Origin: Anaeramoeba ignava BMAN
Taxonomy: Eukaryota > Protista > Anaeramoebae
Direction: 5' to 3'
Assembly: GCA_028826165.1 (NCBI GenBank)
Contig: JAPDFW010000059.1
Span: forward strand, 310,001-374,000
Length of the DNA stretch: 64,000 bases
Shown here: in pieces, positions 29,322 to 42,554 of the stretch
Layout: each line of letters starts with the position of its first letter
Numbering within the stretch: position 1 is the stretch's first letter
Notes under the pieces: model-generated
Told to the model about the DNA's origin: nothing
The model's database searches: none
The model's input: the letters and a program-made list of their open reading frames with translations, nothing else
Translations under genes and position numbers: made by a program

Positions 29322-32300
29322 TTAAAAATCAAAAGAAGAAATAATTGATTCAACAAGTGTTTTAAAATAAATTGATTCTTGATTTTCTATTCTTTCATTT
29401 TCATTTTCAGATTCAATTATATTTTCATTTTGAATTTGATTTTCATTTTGGTTTTCATTTTGATTTATATTTTCATTTTGATTTTGATTTTGATTTGAAA
29501 CTGAATGAGGAAGAAAATTAAAAGTTTTTTCAAAATGATTAAAAGAAAAATGGAAAAGAAAAGCAAGTAATTTTTGAGATCTTTCTGCAATTATTGGATT
29601 TTCAGAAGTTGATGAATGATGTAAATATTCAGCAAGTATTTGCATTGTTTGTTTCCCATTTTTTTTTGTGAAATTTGCAGATTTTTCCAAATTGATTTGA
29701 ATTGGAATCAAAGAAAATAAATCTAAAATTAATGCAATTTTTTGTTGTTCGTTTTGATAATTTTTGGATTGATTTTCTTGAGAAACCAAAATATTTGTTA
29801 TCAAAAGAAGTAAATAAGGAAATCTATTTTTGAAGAATTTGTGAATTTGTTCCAAAACATTTCTAAGAAATTTACTATTTTGTTCAGCAGAAGGTTTTTC
29901 CAATTTCGTTAATTCATCAAAACTTATAAAAATTTCACGAAATTTATCAAGAATATTTTGAGTATTTGAATCAAAATAGAGTTTTGTTTCATTATAAAAT
30001 TGTATAACAAATTCATGAGAGATTGAAGAAAGAATAATCATTGAATGAAGAAGAATAACAAGCATTAAAAGATCGTTTTCAGTCTGCAAATTGTGTTCAA
30101 ACCATAACAGAAAGTTTTGAAGAACCAGAACAATTTGATTGAGTGATTCAAAAGCGGATATTTGTTCAGTGAATAAAAGTGCGATTATGGATGCAAAATT
30201 TTTGGGTTCTTCATCATGGATTCCTTCTTGGAAATTATTTGAGAAAAGAATCTCCATTTGAGGAAATGAAGTATTTTCTGAATTTGAACTTGTGTTTGTG
30301 ATGATTTTTTGGAATATTGATATTGCATCTTCAAAGAATGATTTATGAAATAAAAGTGATCCTGCAAATTGTGAAATTAAACTTAATGAAGAAGAAGATA
30401 TTTTTTCATTGATAAAATATTGCAAAATGATAAGAATTTGATTTTGTAATGATTTTTCTTTTTCTTTTTCTTTTTCTTTTTCTTTTTCTTTTTCTTTTTG
30501 ATTCGAATCAAAGAATAATAGGATTAATTTTTGTATTTCCTTTTCTGAAAGTTTGGATTTACAAAATGCAAATAAATTAAGTGCGTTAAGTGATTGAATA
30601 TTATTATTAGATTTTGATAAACAAGAAAATGCAATTTTTGAACATTTTTCAGTAATATTTAGATCGAATTTTTCGAATATGATGAACATTTCCTCAAAAA
30701 TTTTTTTGTTTTTTTCTGAAAATTGAATCAAGGATAATGGTTGAGGGTTTTGTGTAAAAAGGGATTTAAGAGAATCAAAGAAAATGTTTTGAGGGTTTTT
30801 TTGGATATTATTTTTATCATCAACATCTATATCAACAACATCGATATCAACATCATTAATTATTTGGTTATTATTATTATTATCGATATGAATTTGATTT
30901 TGATTTATATTTTGATTTATATTTTGATTTATATTTTGATTTATATTTTGATTTATATTTTGATTTATATTTTGATTTATATTTTGATTTATATTTTGAT
31001 TTATATTTTGATTTATATTTTCATTTTCATCAAGACTAATTATTTGATGTTCAATTTGGTTTTGATCATCAATATTAATCATTTGAATTTCATTTTCATT
31101 TTCATTTTCATTTTCACTTAGATTTTGAATTTTGAATTTTGATTTTGAATTTTATTTTGATTTTGATTTATATTTTGATTTTGATTTTGATTTTCATTTT
31201 GATTTTGATTTTCATTTTGATTTTCATTAAATTGATTTTGATTTGAACGTTGTGTTTCATCCAATTTTTCAAACCAATATCCATATTCAATTGCACCTGT
31301 TTTTAAAGGTTTAAAAGAGTTCCACTCATATTCATTTTTCAAAGATTTCAAAAATAACATTGCTTGGAAATATTCTTCCTTTGATTTAGCAGCTTGAAAA
31401 ATAAGAGAATTAATAATATTATAAATTATATTGTTAGAAATAGGACTTCCAGGATGATTTACAATGCAATAAAATAATATTTTGGGTAAATAATGTATTG
31501 AATAATTTGGATATTCAATTACAATATTTGATAAAAGAATCAAAACAGCATCTTCATAATCGCAATGAAGATCAACTTTATCTTGAATCCATTTGCGAAA
31601 TTTGGGTGTTTCTTCAGGAGGTTCATCAAATAAAGTCAGATGATCCAAAAGAAAATCAATAACAAATTTGGAGTTTTCTTGGCAAAGACTTAAGAAAATA
31701 AAATTGATCAAAGGAAAAGAATAAATTGTTTTTGTTTTGATGCTTGCTGTTAAAATATCCAGAATAAATGATAAAACAAAAGTCCATTTTTGCTGGATTT
31801 GATCATCTTTTTTTTCGGTTTGGGAAAAAATTGTCAATTTGGAAGAATCAAACAAAGAAACCCAAAAAGAAGATAATTGCTTGACAAGCAAAGAAGATTC
31901 AAAAAGATCTTTTGAAATGAGAATCATTGCGTTAAGGATAGAAGATTGTTGATGATGATCGAAGTTGAGGTTTTCAAGAAAACGGAAGTTGCGGATCCAA
32001 GGCTTTAAAATTTCAATCAAGTTCCATTTCGTTTCTGGATTGAAAATGGGGAAGATTTTAGCGAAATGGATAATTACTGATTCAGTGAATTTCGGGAAAG
32101 AAAGAGAAATTGAATGGGAATAAAGCAAGGCAATGTGAATATTTGAGTCTGAATTTTGATGAGGAACTGAGAAGAGAAATTTAGAGTTTTCATTTTGAGG
32201 ACGAAGTGGATGCTTTTCAAGATGTGCGAGATAATAAACTAAGGAGGAAATCTTTTTGAATATCTTGTTATTTAGCGAGGAAAGATGAATCAGGATGAAA

Positions 32301-35300
32301 ATCAGGATTTCTTCAAGAGAAAAACGGTTCTCGATGTTGATCCACTTTTCTCCGTTTTGCAGAAAAGTGTTGGTAATTGCCTTGAAGAATTGGTAAGACA
32401 TTTGGGAAAGAAATTCGTCTCCTTTATCGAAATTATAGGAAAGATGACAAAACATGTCGTAATTTAAAGGGTTTTGAGATAGAATTGTTTGCAAAGATAA
32501 ACAAGCTGGTTTAAAAGCAAAATCACCAAAAGTACGCATTGAACTAATAAAGAAACGAGTCATTTTTTCATCTTTTTCCACTTTTTCTATTTCTGTCATA
32601 AATTTCAAACTCATATTGATTGATAACAAAGCACGCTGAACCATTTTTGTCTTGTATCTTGATGTAGCTTCTTTTTCAATAACGCATTTATGGAAAAGAA
32701 GCATTCGAACTAGTTCTATGATAATTTTCAAAATGGAGGAGTTTTCAAAGCTGTTTGAGTTTCTGATTTGGTTTTCATTGTTGTTGTTGTTGTTGTTGTT
32801 TTGTTCAAGATCAGGAGCACAAAGTTGGGTCAATTTTAAAAGGAAAAAATAGATGATGTTGATGATTCTTTTGCGCTGTTTGTATTTGATTTGGGAATTA
32901 TTTCTCACACAGACTCCGTGCCAACTCGCAATAAAACTTTTCAAAAGAACATGAAATTTATCTGCAATTTCATAAAATTTAGGTGATAATTTTGACATTT
33001 TTTTCTCCAAAAGAAGAAGAAGATGATCTTGCAATGAGACGAATTGGTCTGATGGTTGTTTTGTGTTTTGGGTTGTGAGGGTGTTTTGTTCTTGCTCGAA
33101 TTTGGCTCTGAAATAGATGAAGTGGATGAGATGCTCAAAAGAGCTTGGTTGCAAATTGGTTATTTTTTTGATCATAATTTTACGGGCGAAATGATCCTCT
33201 TTTTGGGTGATCAACTTGGCAATAATTCCCAAAAAATGGACATACAAAAGAGGACGCAATGAAGAATCGAAAACGTTGTCTTTATTGAGAGTTTGTGAGT
33301 CTGAAATGTAATTTTCCTCTGTGAGTTGGCTCTGGAAATATTCCCTTTGAATTCTGTGATGTGAACTCAATTTCTTTAATTGAGATGCATTAGGAAGTTC
33401 CTCACTCACTTTTTTCCCTTGATTTTCAAGAGAAATATTCTTTTCTGGATCTTCATTTTTGTCTCTGAATTCGTTGAGTTTCAAATATTTGTTTATTCTG
33501 AATAAATAAAAATCATCTGAATACAAGAAGGCCGCATAAGACATGAAACCCAATATGATGCAAGCAAATTGTTTTGAGGAAGGATTTGCGATCATTTTGG
33601 TGATTTGGGAATGCTGGAAGAAGTTGTAATAAGAAATGTTCCATGCCCAATTCACAGAATAGAAATGGGTGAAGATATCTGCGCGGATGAATTGGTGATA
33701 TTCTTCAGAATCTCTGAAGAAGACTGGTTTCTCGTTCTGATTAGTCACTAGAGTGTCTGAGAGATGAGGGAAATTAATCTGATCGGAAAGGATTTCTTGG
33801 TTCTTTTTGCGATTTTCTTCCAAAAGAATCATTTTCTCAAGATTTTTGATTGAATTGTCTCCAAAATTGCGAATTAACAAGAGGATATCTTGTTGTATCC
33901 AAGGGATTAAGTCGATAAAACTAAGCCAGAAAACACAACATCCTTGGAATCTGAGTCTCAATCCGAGCCAATGTGGAAATCTTATTGTTGGTTCCCAATT
34001 TGGGTTTTTTTTGAGAATAGGTTTCAACTCTGTCAGTAAGCGGATCATTGCTTGAATAAGAGGACGCAATCTAGGAATGTTATTTTGATTTTGATTCTCG
34101 GATTCATTTCCAAAAGGAATAAAGAAGGAGAGCTTTTGGAAAAGATCAACCATGATTTCGAAAATTTCCAAATAGATTTGGATGATTCCTTCTTGCTTCA
34201 AGGAAATGAAATTGAAAATGGATTTTATTGCTTGTTTGGAGATCTCAGTATCATCTTGAAGAATGAGAACCAGTAGTTTTTTTGTAATCAATATATTCTC
34301 GTTCAATTTTGCAGATTTGAAATGAGGGAAAACGGAAAGAGTTTTGATAAGAAGCAAAGAAGAAAATTCCGAATCAGGAAGTTTCTTTTGTTCAGTGATT
34401 TTTTTTGTTTTGGGTTCTTCGGTTTCGATGTTGTTTTCGTGTTCATGGAAAGTGAGTGTGACTAAATTTTCTGGATTGAGTAAGGTGTCGAAGAAAAAGG
34501 AAAAGAAGCGAAAATGTATCATTGGATTTGCGAAAAAAGAAGGTGGATTTTGAATTTGAGTTATATTTAACTCGTTAAGATGTAAAGTGCGAGATTTTTG
34601 TTCTTGCGGAGTGACAATCCAGCACAATGCTTGAATGCAAGAAATTTTCATTGCGGATTGTTTTGGAGAATTTTTGATGTTATCGTAAAGGAAATCTTGA
34701 CATATTTTCTCGTTTTTCACGCATATTTCGTAAATAATTTTGGAAAGACTCTGGATTTGATTTCGGGTATTGATTTTTTTCTCTTGGTTAAGCAAAAACG
34801 GAGTGAATTTTTTCACAATGTCGGAATAATTGGAAAGAAATTTCTCTACACTAACAAAAGGCGGAAAACCAAAATTACTTCTGAAGAACAAAAAACTCAA
34901 CTCGAAAAGAATATCTTGGAAAGTTTGTTTTTTGCGCAATCGCGAGATCAAGAAAGAGAAGATTTTTTTGGTTGTTTTATTAAAGGATTGTTGTAATCCC
35001 TCCTCAATATTTTGATACCCTTCATTCAATTGGATCAAGCAATCCAAATAGACAAACGAATTGAGATCTTTTTTGATCCAATTCAGCATCAATTCAAGAA
35101 CTTGATTAAAATGGGTAAAAAGTGTGTTGAAAAACTCAGAATCTTGTTCTTTTGGTTTTTCAAATGCTGTTTTTTTTCTTCGCCAAATTTCCTCAAAATC
35201 AGTTAGTCTTGGGAAAATAGAACTAAAAATATAAGTTAATGTTTGGCAAATTTCCCTTCTGAGGTGAATATTGGATACATTATGAATTATTTTGTAATAT

Positions 35301-36771
35301 TCTTTGATTAAATTTGTTGCTATTTTGATTTCCAAAGAGATTGGACAATAAAATTGGAGGAATTTCGAACAAAATTGTGGATCTATTAAATAAGGAGAAG
35401 ATAAAGAAAGTTGAGCTTTTGTATTTGCGAGAAAAAGGTTAGAAATGATTTCCATATTTTTAGAGTTTCTTGAGTTAATAATTTTTAAGCAATCTGCAGC
35501 CAATTCTTTTACGGCTTTTATATAAAGAAAAATATAAATATAAATATAAATATAAATATAAATATAAATATAAATATAATTATAAATATAAATATAAATA
35601 TAAATATAAATATAAATATAAATATAAATATAAATATAAATATAAATATAAATATAATTATAAATATAATTATAAATATAAATTTAAATATAAATATAAA
35701 TATAAATATAAATATAAATATAAATATAAATATAAATATAAATATAAATATAAATATAAATATAAATATAAATATAAATATAATTATAAATATAAATATA
35801 ATTATAATTATAATTATAAATATAAATATAAATATAAATATAAATATAAATATAAATATAAATATAAATATAAATATAAATATAAATATAAATATAAATA
35901 TAAATATAAATATTTAAATATAAATATAAATCAAAATATAAATATAAATATAAATATAAATATAAATATAAATATAAATATAAATATAAATATAAATATA
36001 AATATAAATATAAATAATAATATAAATATAAATATTTAAAATATAAATATAAATATAAATATAAATATAAATAATAAATTGAATAGATTGTATACGTTTT
36101 GAAGAGAAGTTTTCAGAACCAATAATTATACTAAAGAGGTTTTCAACAAAATCTGTAGATATTTCACTTAATAAAAATTCATTTTGAAGTGAAAGTAAAT
36201 AATTTAAGCATTGATAAATAGTTTCCAAAACGAAGAGCATATTTGGAAAAAGGTTACTATCCTAAATTTTTATTTAATATTTAATTTAATATTTAATTTA
36301 ATATTTATTTTTTAATTTAATTTTTATTATATTCTACAAATGGAGATGGTGTTTCACTTGATTTTCCAAATGTACTAAATAAAATATTTTGTGGAAGATT
36401 TAAATTTCTATATGGAAAAAAATTTTTAATAATAAGTGCTAAATTTGTTGAAGATGCAAGAATTATTTGTTTTTTTAAAATTAAAAGTCTCTCATCAAGT
36501 TTTTCTTGAGAAATATAAAAAATTTGTGAATTCTATTTTTATTAAAAAATTAATAAATAAAATTTAAGTTATTTTTTTAAATTTTAATTTGAAAAAAAAA
36601 ATATACATTTGAAGGAAAAGGAAATTCATTTCCAAATTGACTTTTAACAAAATCTGTAAATGTTTCTTTTTCTTTTTCATTAATTCTGTTATATTCTCTA
36701 ACAAAAAGAAGTTGAGCTATTTGAGTAATAAAATTTTCAATAATTTTATGATTTGGATGAAAAGATTCCAT
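29322..36771 (-). CDS. Furry/Tao3/Mor2 (MOR2-PAG1)-like alpha-solenoid scaffold
   Basis: Exons 36771-36607, 36532-36338, 36261-36096 and 35514 onward. [46 protein letters not shown] resembles Furry 'SxxLAxxYPELTLxxFSEISQRFP...LLxYLLPWLxNIEL'. FFKAITNTF and YLPKILFYC are also collinear with Furry. -1 frame break near 31130. Confidence 0.6.
35525..36080. repeat. Intronic hexamer microsatellite (ATATAA)n
   Basis: Fills intron 36095-35515. Confidence 0.95.
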
Positions 36772-36840
36772 TTAAAAAAAAAATGAAAAAAATGAAAAAA
36801 ATGAAAAAGAATTTTCTTGATGATTCACAATATTTTTCCT

Positions 36841-38105
36841 TTTAAATCAAAATTAAATCAAAATTAAATCAAAATTAAATCAAAATTAAATCAAAATTAA
36901 ATCAAAATTAAATCAAAATTAAATCAAAATTAAATCAAAATTAAATCAAAATTAAATCAAAATTAAATTAAATTTAAAAAATTAAATCAAAATTAAATCA
37001 AAATTAAATCAAAATTAAATCAAATTAAAATAAATCAAATTTAATCAAAATTAAATCAAATCTAAATCAAAATTAAATCAAATTAAATCAATTAAATCAA
37101 AAATTAAATCAAAATTAAATTAAAATTAAATTAAAATTAAATCAAAATTAAATCAAAATTAAATCAAAATTAAATCAAAATTAAATCAAAATTAAATCAA
37201 AATTAAATCAAAATTAAACTAAATTTAAATCAAAATTAAATCAAAATTAAATTTAAATCAAAATTAAATCAAATTAAATCAAATTTAATCAAAAAAATCA
37301 AAATTAAATTAAATCAAATTAAATCAAATTAAATCAAATTTAAAATTAAATCAAAATTAAATCAAAATTAAATCATAAAATTAAATCAAAATTAAATCAA
37401 AATTAAATCCAAAATTAAATCAAATTAAATCAAAATTAAATCAAAATTAAATCAAATTAAATCAAAATTAAATCAAATTTAAAAATTAAATCAAAATTAA
37501 ATCAAAATTAAATCAAAATTAAATCAAAATTAAATCAAAATTAAATCAAAATTAAATCAATTAAATCAAAATTAAATCTAAATTAAATCAAAATTTAAAT
37601 TAAATCAAAATTAAATCCAAAATTAAATCAAATTTAATCAAAATTAAATCAAAATTAAATCAAAATTAAATCAAAATTAAATCAAAATTAAATCAAAAAA
37701 AAATAAAAAATTTAAATCAAAATCAAAAAAATCAAAAAATCAAAATTAAATCAAAATTAAATCTAAAATTAAATCTAAATTAAATCAAAATTAAAATCAA
37801 AATTAAAAAATTTAATCAAAATTAAAAAATTAAATCAAAATTAAATCAAAATTAAATCAAAATTAAATCAAAATTAAATCAAAATTCAAATTAAATCAAA
37901 ATTAAATCAAATTAAATTTAATCAAAATTAAATCAAAATTAAATCAAAATTAAATCAAAATTAAATCAAAATTAAATCAAAATTTAATCAAAATTAAATC
38001 AAAATTAAATCAAAATTAAATCAAAATTAAATTAAAATTAAATCAAAATTAAATTAAAATTAAATCAAAATTAAATCAAAATTAAATCTAAATTTAATTA
38101 AAATT
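36841..38105. repeat. Intergenic 11-bp satellite (AAAATTAAATC)n
   Basis: About 1.26 kb of near-perfect 11-mers between the divergent Furry-like and rhomboid genes. Confidence 0.95.
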
Positions 38106-38526
38106 GATCTTTTTTTTATTTAATTAAAAAATTTGATCAATTAAAAAAATATAAAAAATTAAATTAACTTTCTTCATATTCCTTTTTTTACTTTTAATCC
38201 ATTTTAAATTTTTTATAAATTTTATTTTTTATTTTTTATTTTTATTGATCAAATTTATCAAAAAAAAATTTAAAAAAAAATAATTTAATTTTTTTCATTT
38301 TTTTTTTTAATTTTTTTTAAAATTCCAATTAAAATTCTTATTCAAATTCCTATTAAAATTTTTTTGATTTATTGAAAAGTAAAGATTTAATTTATTATTT
38401 TTGTTGTTTTTTAAAAATAAAAAAAACATTTTATTTATTTGATCTTTTTCTTTTATTTTTAATTGAAAAAAAAAATTTAGCAAATAAAAACAAATAAAAA
38501 CAAATAAAAACAAAATAAAATAAAAA

Positions 38527-41500
38527 ATGCAAGAAAATGAAAAAAAAATTGAAGAAATTTATAAAGAAAATTTTGATTTAAACTCAACAACAAATTCAAT
38601 AACGAATTCAATTGATACAGAATTTTTAAAAAGAAAGAAAGAATTAGAAGAAATTATAATAAAAAAACAATTAGAAGAAGAAAAAGAAAAAGAAAAAATC
38701 AAAAGAAAAAATCAAAAGAAAAAAAAAAGATTAAAAAGAAAATTAAAATTTAAAGAAAATCAAAATCAAAATCAAAATCAAAATCAAAATCAAAATCAAA
38801 ATCAAAATCAATTTAATGAAAATCAAAATCAAAATCAAAATCAAATTGATTCAAATATTTTTGATTTGGAATTTGATTTGGATTCAAATCCTGATTCAAT
38901 ATCAACTTCAAAATGGGAACCCAAAACATATAATGAAATGGAAACTGATTCAAAAGCAAATCCTTCATCAATTCACCCTTTAGAATTTCAAGAACTTGAT
39001 TCTGAATTAAGTGATATTGAAAAAGGAGCAAATTGGACGACTTTTAAATTGAAAAATCAAAAAGATTTTTCATTCCAAAGTCAAGAATCAAAATCAAAAC
39101 AAAATAAATTTTGGGGTGATTTATCAGATACAATTAGAAGTAATATTGGATTTGCACCTCCTGATGAACAAGAGGAATTCAATCAAAAATGGAGAAATAC
39201 TTCTTCTTATCGTGTTTCTCATCAAATTTTATCTCAAATTGAAAAAGCAAATGAACAAATTAATTTGGAATATGAAAATAATCCAATTCAAGTTGAAGTT
39301 AAAAAGAAATTTCCTTTTGTTGTTTATTTAATTTGTTTGATTCAAGTTTGTGTTTTTATTGCTGAAATTGTTTATGAAAAGGGGATTGCTTCTTTTTCTT
39401 TAAATCCTTTTGTTGGACCTTCTCCAAAAACTTTAATTTTTTGGAGCAAGAGGTAAAAATCCAAATCAATTTAAATCAATTTAAATCAATCTAAATCAAT
39501 TTAAATCAATCTAAATCAATCTAAATCTATTTAAATCAATCTAAATCAATCTAAATCAATCTAAATCAATCTAAATCAATTTAAATCAATCTAAATCAAT
39601 CTAAATCAATCTAAATCAATCTAAATCAATCTAAATCAATCTAAATCAATTTAAATCAATCTAAATCTATTTAATTTAAAAAATTTAAATTAAATTTAAA
39701 TCTATTTAAATCAAATTTATATCAATTTAAATCATTTAAATCTAAAAATCTAAATCAATTTAAATTAAATTTAAATCTATTTAAATCAAATTTATATCAA
39801 TTTAAATCAAATCTAAATCAAATTAATATCAAATTAAATCAAATTTAAATCAATTTTAAATCAATTTAAATCAATTTAAATCAATCTTAAATCAATTCCA
39901 AATCAATTTAAATCAATCTAAATCACCTAAATCAATCTAAATCAATTCAAATCAATTTAAATCCAAATTTAAATCAATTTAAATCAATTTTAAATCAAAT
40001 TTAAAATTTAAATTCAAATTCAAATAAATCAATTTAAATTAAATCCAAATTAAATCTAAATTTAAATCAAAAATAAATCAATTTAAATCTATTTAAATCA
40101 ATCTAAATCTATTTAAATCAATTTAAATCAATCTAAATCAATTTAAATCAATCTAAATCAATCTAAATCAATTTAAATCAATTTAAATCAATTTAAATCA
40201 ATTTAAATCAATCTAAATCAATCTATATCAATTTATATCAATCTAAATCAATCTAAATCAATTTAATATTTAATATTTTATTTCAGATTTCGATAAAATC
40301 AAAAATGAAAATCAAGTTTATCGTTTGTTTATTGCAATTTTTGTTCAAGTTGGAGTAGTTCAATTAGTATTAAATTTATTATTTCAATTAAAATATGCGA
40401 CACAAGTAGAAAAATATATAGGATCATGGAAAATATTAGTAATATATTTATTTACAGGAGTAATTGGGAATTTATCAAGTTCAATTTTTCTTCCAAATTC
40501 AATTTCACTTGATGCATCTCCTTCTGTTTTTGGTTTTGTTGCTGTTTTACTTTTGGATCTTCAACATAATTGGAAAATAATTCATCGAATTGGAATTGCT
40601 TTTAACTCAAGATTTATTTGTAATTTTAATTCTTATTGGTTCTATTTTTATTTCAACTGTTGATAATTAAATGAATTTAAATATAAAAATTAAATCAAAA
40701 ATTAAATCAAAAATTAAATCAAAAATTAAATCAAAATTAAATAAAAAATTTAATCAAAATTTAATTAAAATTTAATCAAAATTAAATCAAAAATTTTAAT
40801 CAAAAATTAATCAAAAATTAAATCAAAAATTCAAATCAAAATTAAAATCAAAAATTAAATCTAAAATTAAATAAAAATTAAATCAAAAATCTAAAATCAA
40901 AATTAAATCAAAAAATTAAATCAAAAATTAATCAAAAATTTTAAATCAAAATTAAATCAAAATTTAAATCAAAATTAAATCAAAATTTAAATCAATTTAA
41001 ATCAATTTAATATTAAATTTCAGATTTCGATAAAATCAAAAATGAAAATCAAGTTTATCGTTTGTTTATTGCAATTTTTGTTCAAGTTGGAGTAGTTCAA
41101 TTAGTATTAAATTTATTATTTCAATTAAAATATGCGACACAAGTAGAAAAATATATAGGATCATGGAAAATATTAGTAATATATTTATTTACAGGAGTAA
41201 TTGGGAATTTATCAAGTTCAATTTTTCTTCCAAATTCAATTTCACTTGGTGCATCTCCTTCTGTTTTTGGTTTTGTTGCTGTTTTACTTTTGGATCTTCA
41301 ACATAATTGGAAAATAATTCATCGACCTGGAATTGCTTTAACTCAAGATTTATTTGTAATTTTAATTCTTATTGGTTCTGGTTTATTTCCAACTGTTGAT
41401 AATTTTATGAATTTAGGTATAAAATTAAATCAAAATTTAATCAAAATTAAATCAAAATTAAATCAAAATTAAATCAAAATTAAATCAAAATTTAATCAAA

Positions 41501-42239
41501 ATTTAATCAAAATTAAATCAAAATTAAATCAAAATTAAATCAAAATTAAATCAAAATTAAATCAAAATTAAATCAAAATTAAATCAAAAATTAAATCTAA
41601 AATTAAATCAAAATTAAATCAAAATTAAATCAAAATTAAATCAAAATTAAATCAAAATTTAATCAAAATTAAATCAAATTAAATCAAAATTTAATCAAAA
41701 TTTAATCAAAATTAAATCAAAATTAAATCAAAATTAAATCAAAATTTAATCAAAATTTAATCAAAATTTAATCAAAATTAAATCAAAATTTAATCAAAAT
41801 TAAATCAAAATTAAATCTAAATTAAATAAAAATTAAATCAAAATTAAATCAAAATTAAATCAAAATTAAATCTAAATTAAATCAAAATTTAATCAAAATT
41901 AAATCAAAATTAAATCAAAATTAAATCAAAATTTATTCTAAATTTAATCAAAATTAAATCAAAATCAAAATCAAAATTAAATTAAAATTAAATCAAAAAA
42001 TAGCTGGATTTTTAATGGGTTTTCTTTGTGCTTTATTACTTGTTCCTCTTTTTGGAATTGATAGTTATAGAAGATCTATTGCAATGTTTTCTTTAATTAC
42101 AATAATAATTATTTTTACTGGTGGATTTTTTATTTTTTATAAAATGATAAGTGGGAAAGAATGGTGTTCATTTTGTGATAAAATAAGTTGTATTCAAATT
42201 AAAGATTATTGTAAAACTCTTGGAGAAATAGATCAATGA
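38527..42239 (+). CDS. Rhomboid-family protein, predicted catalytically inactive (iRhom/RHBDF-like architecture)
   Basis: Exons 38527-39452, 41024-41416 and 42004-42239: NPFVGPS..GAR, QVYRLF, EKYIGSWKILVIYLFTGVIGNL, SLGASPSVFG, PTVDNFMNLAGFLMG, and C-terminal WCSFCDKISC..YC. Long N-terminal cytosolic region. +1 frame break in the T-run at about 39440. Confidence 0.88.
39455..40270. repeat. Intronic 10-bp satellite (CTAAATCAAT/TTAAATCAAT)n
   Basis: Direct inspection. Confidence 0.9.
40287..40680 (+). pseudogene. Degenerate tandem duplicate of rhomboid exon 2
   Basis: 5' half is identical to the exon starting at 41024. The 3' half has GGT>GAT, CGACCT>CGAATT, an extra T (frameshift) and loss of the GT donor (AGGTATA>AAATATA). 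Confidence 0.75.
40681..42000. repeat. Intronic 11-12-bp satellite (AAAATTAAATC)n on both sides of the intact exon 2
   Basis: Blocks at 40681-41015 and 41420-42000; same unit as 36841-38105. Confidence 0.9.
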
Positions 42240-42554
42240 ACTCTTTAAAAATAATTTAAAAAGAATTTAAAAATAATTTAAAAAGAATTCAAAAAGAATT
42301 TAAAAAGAATTTAAAAAGAATTTCAAAAGAATTTTGCTTGTTTTATGTGCTTTTTGTTTTTTCTTATTAAAAAATAAGTAAAAATTTTGATCAAAAAATA
42401 ATTTTTTGGGGGACTAAATGGTTAAGAAGGTTTTATTTAAAAAATTTTTTAAAAGGGGGATTAAATAGAAATCCAGTTGTATTTAATTTGATTTTTTAAG
42501 AAATCATTTTTTTTTTCATTTTTCCTTTCATTTTTTTTTTTTGAACCAATTTAA

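Noticed and set aside
28979-29344. (FH)n and (MK)n ORFs; similar (DF)n ORF at 53191-53856 and KNLF ORF at 5732-5938
   Set aside because: Microsatellite translations without independent coding evidence
36841-38105. Telomeric or centromeric repeat
   Set aside because: No G-rich telomere-type unit, flanked by ordinary genes, and the same unit occurs inside introns; no support for centromere function
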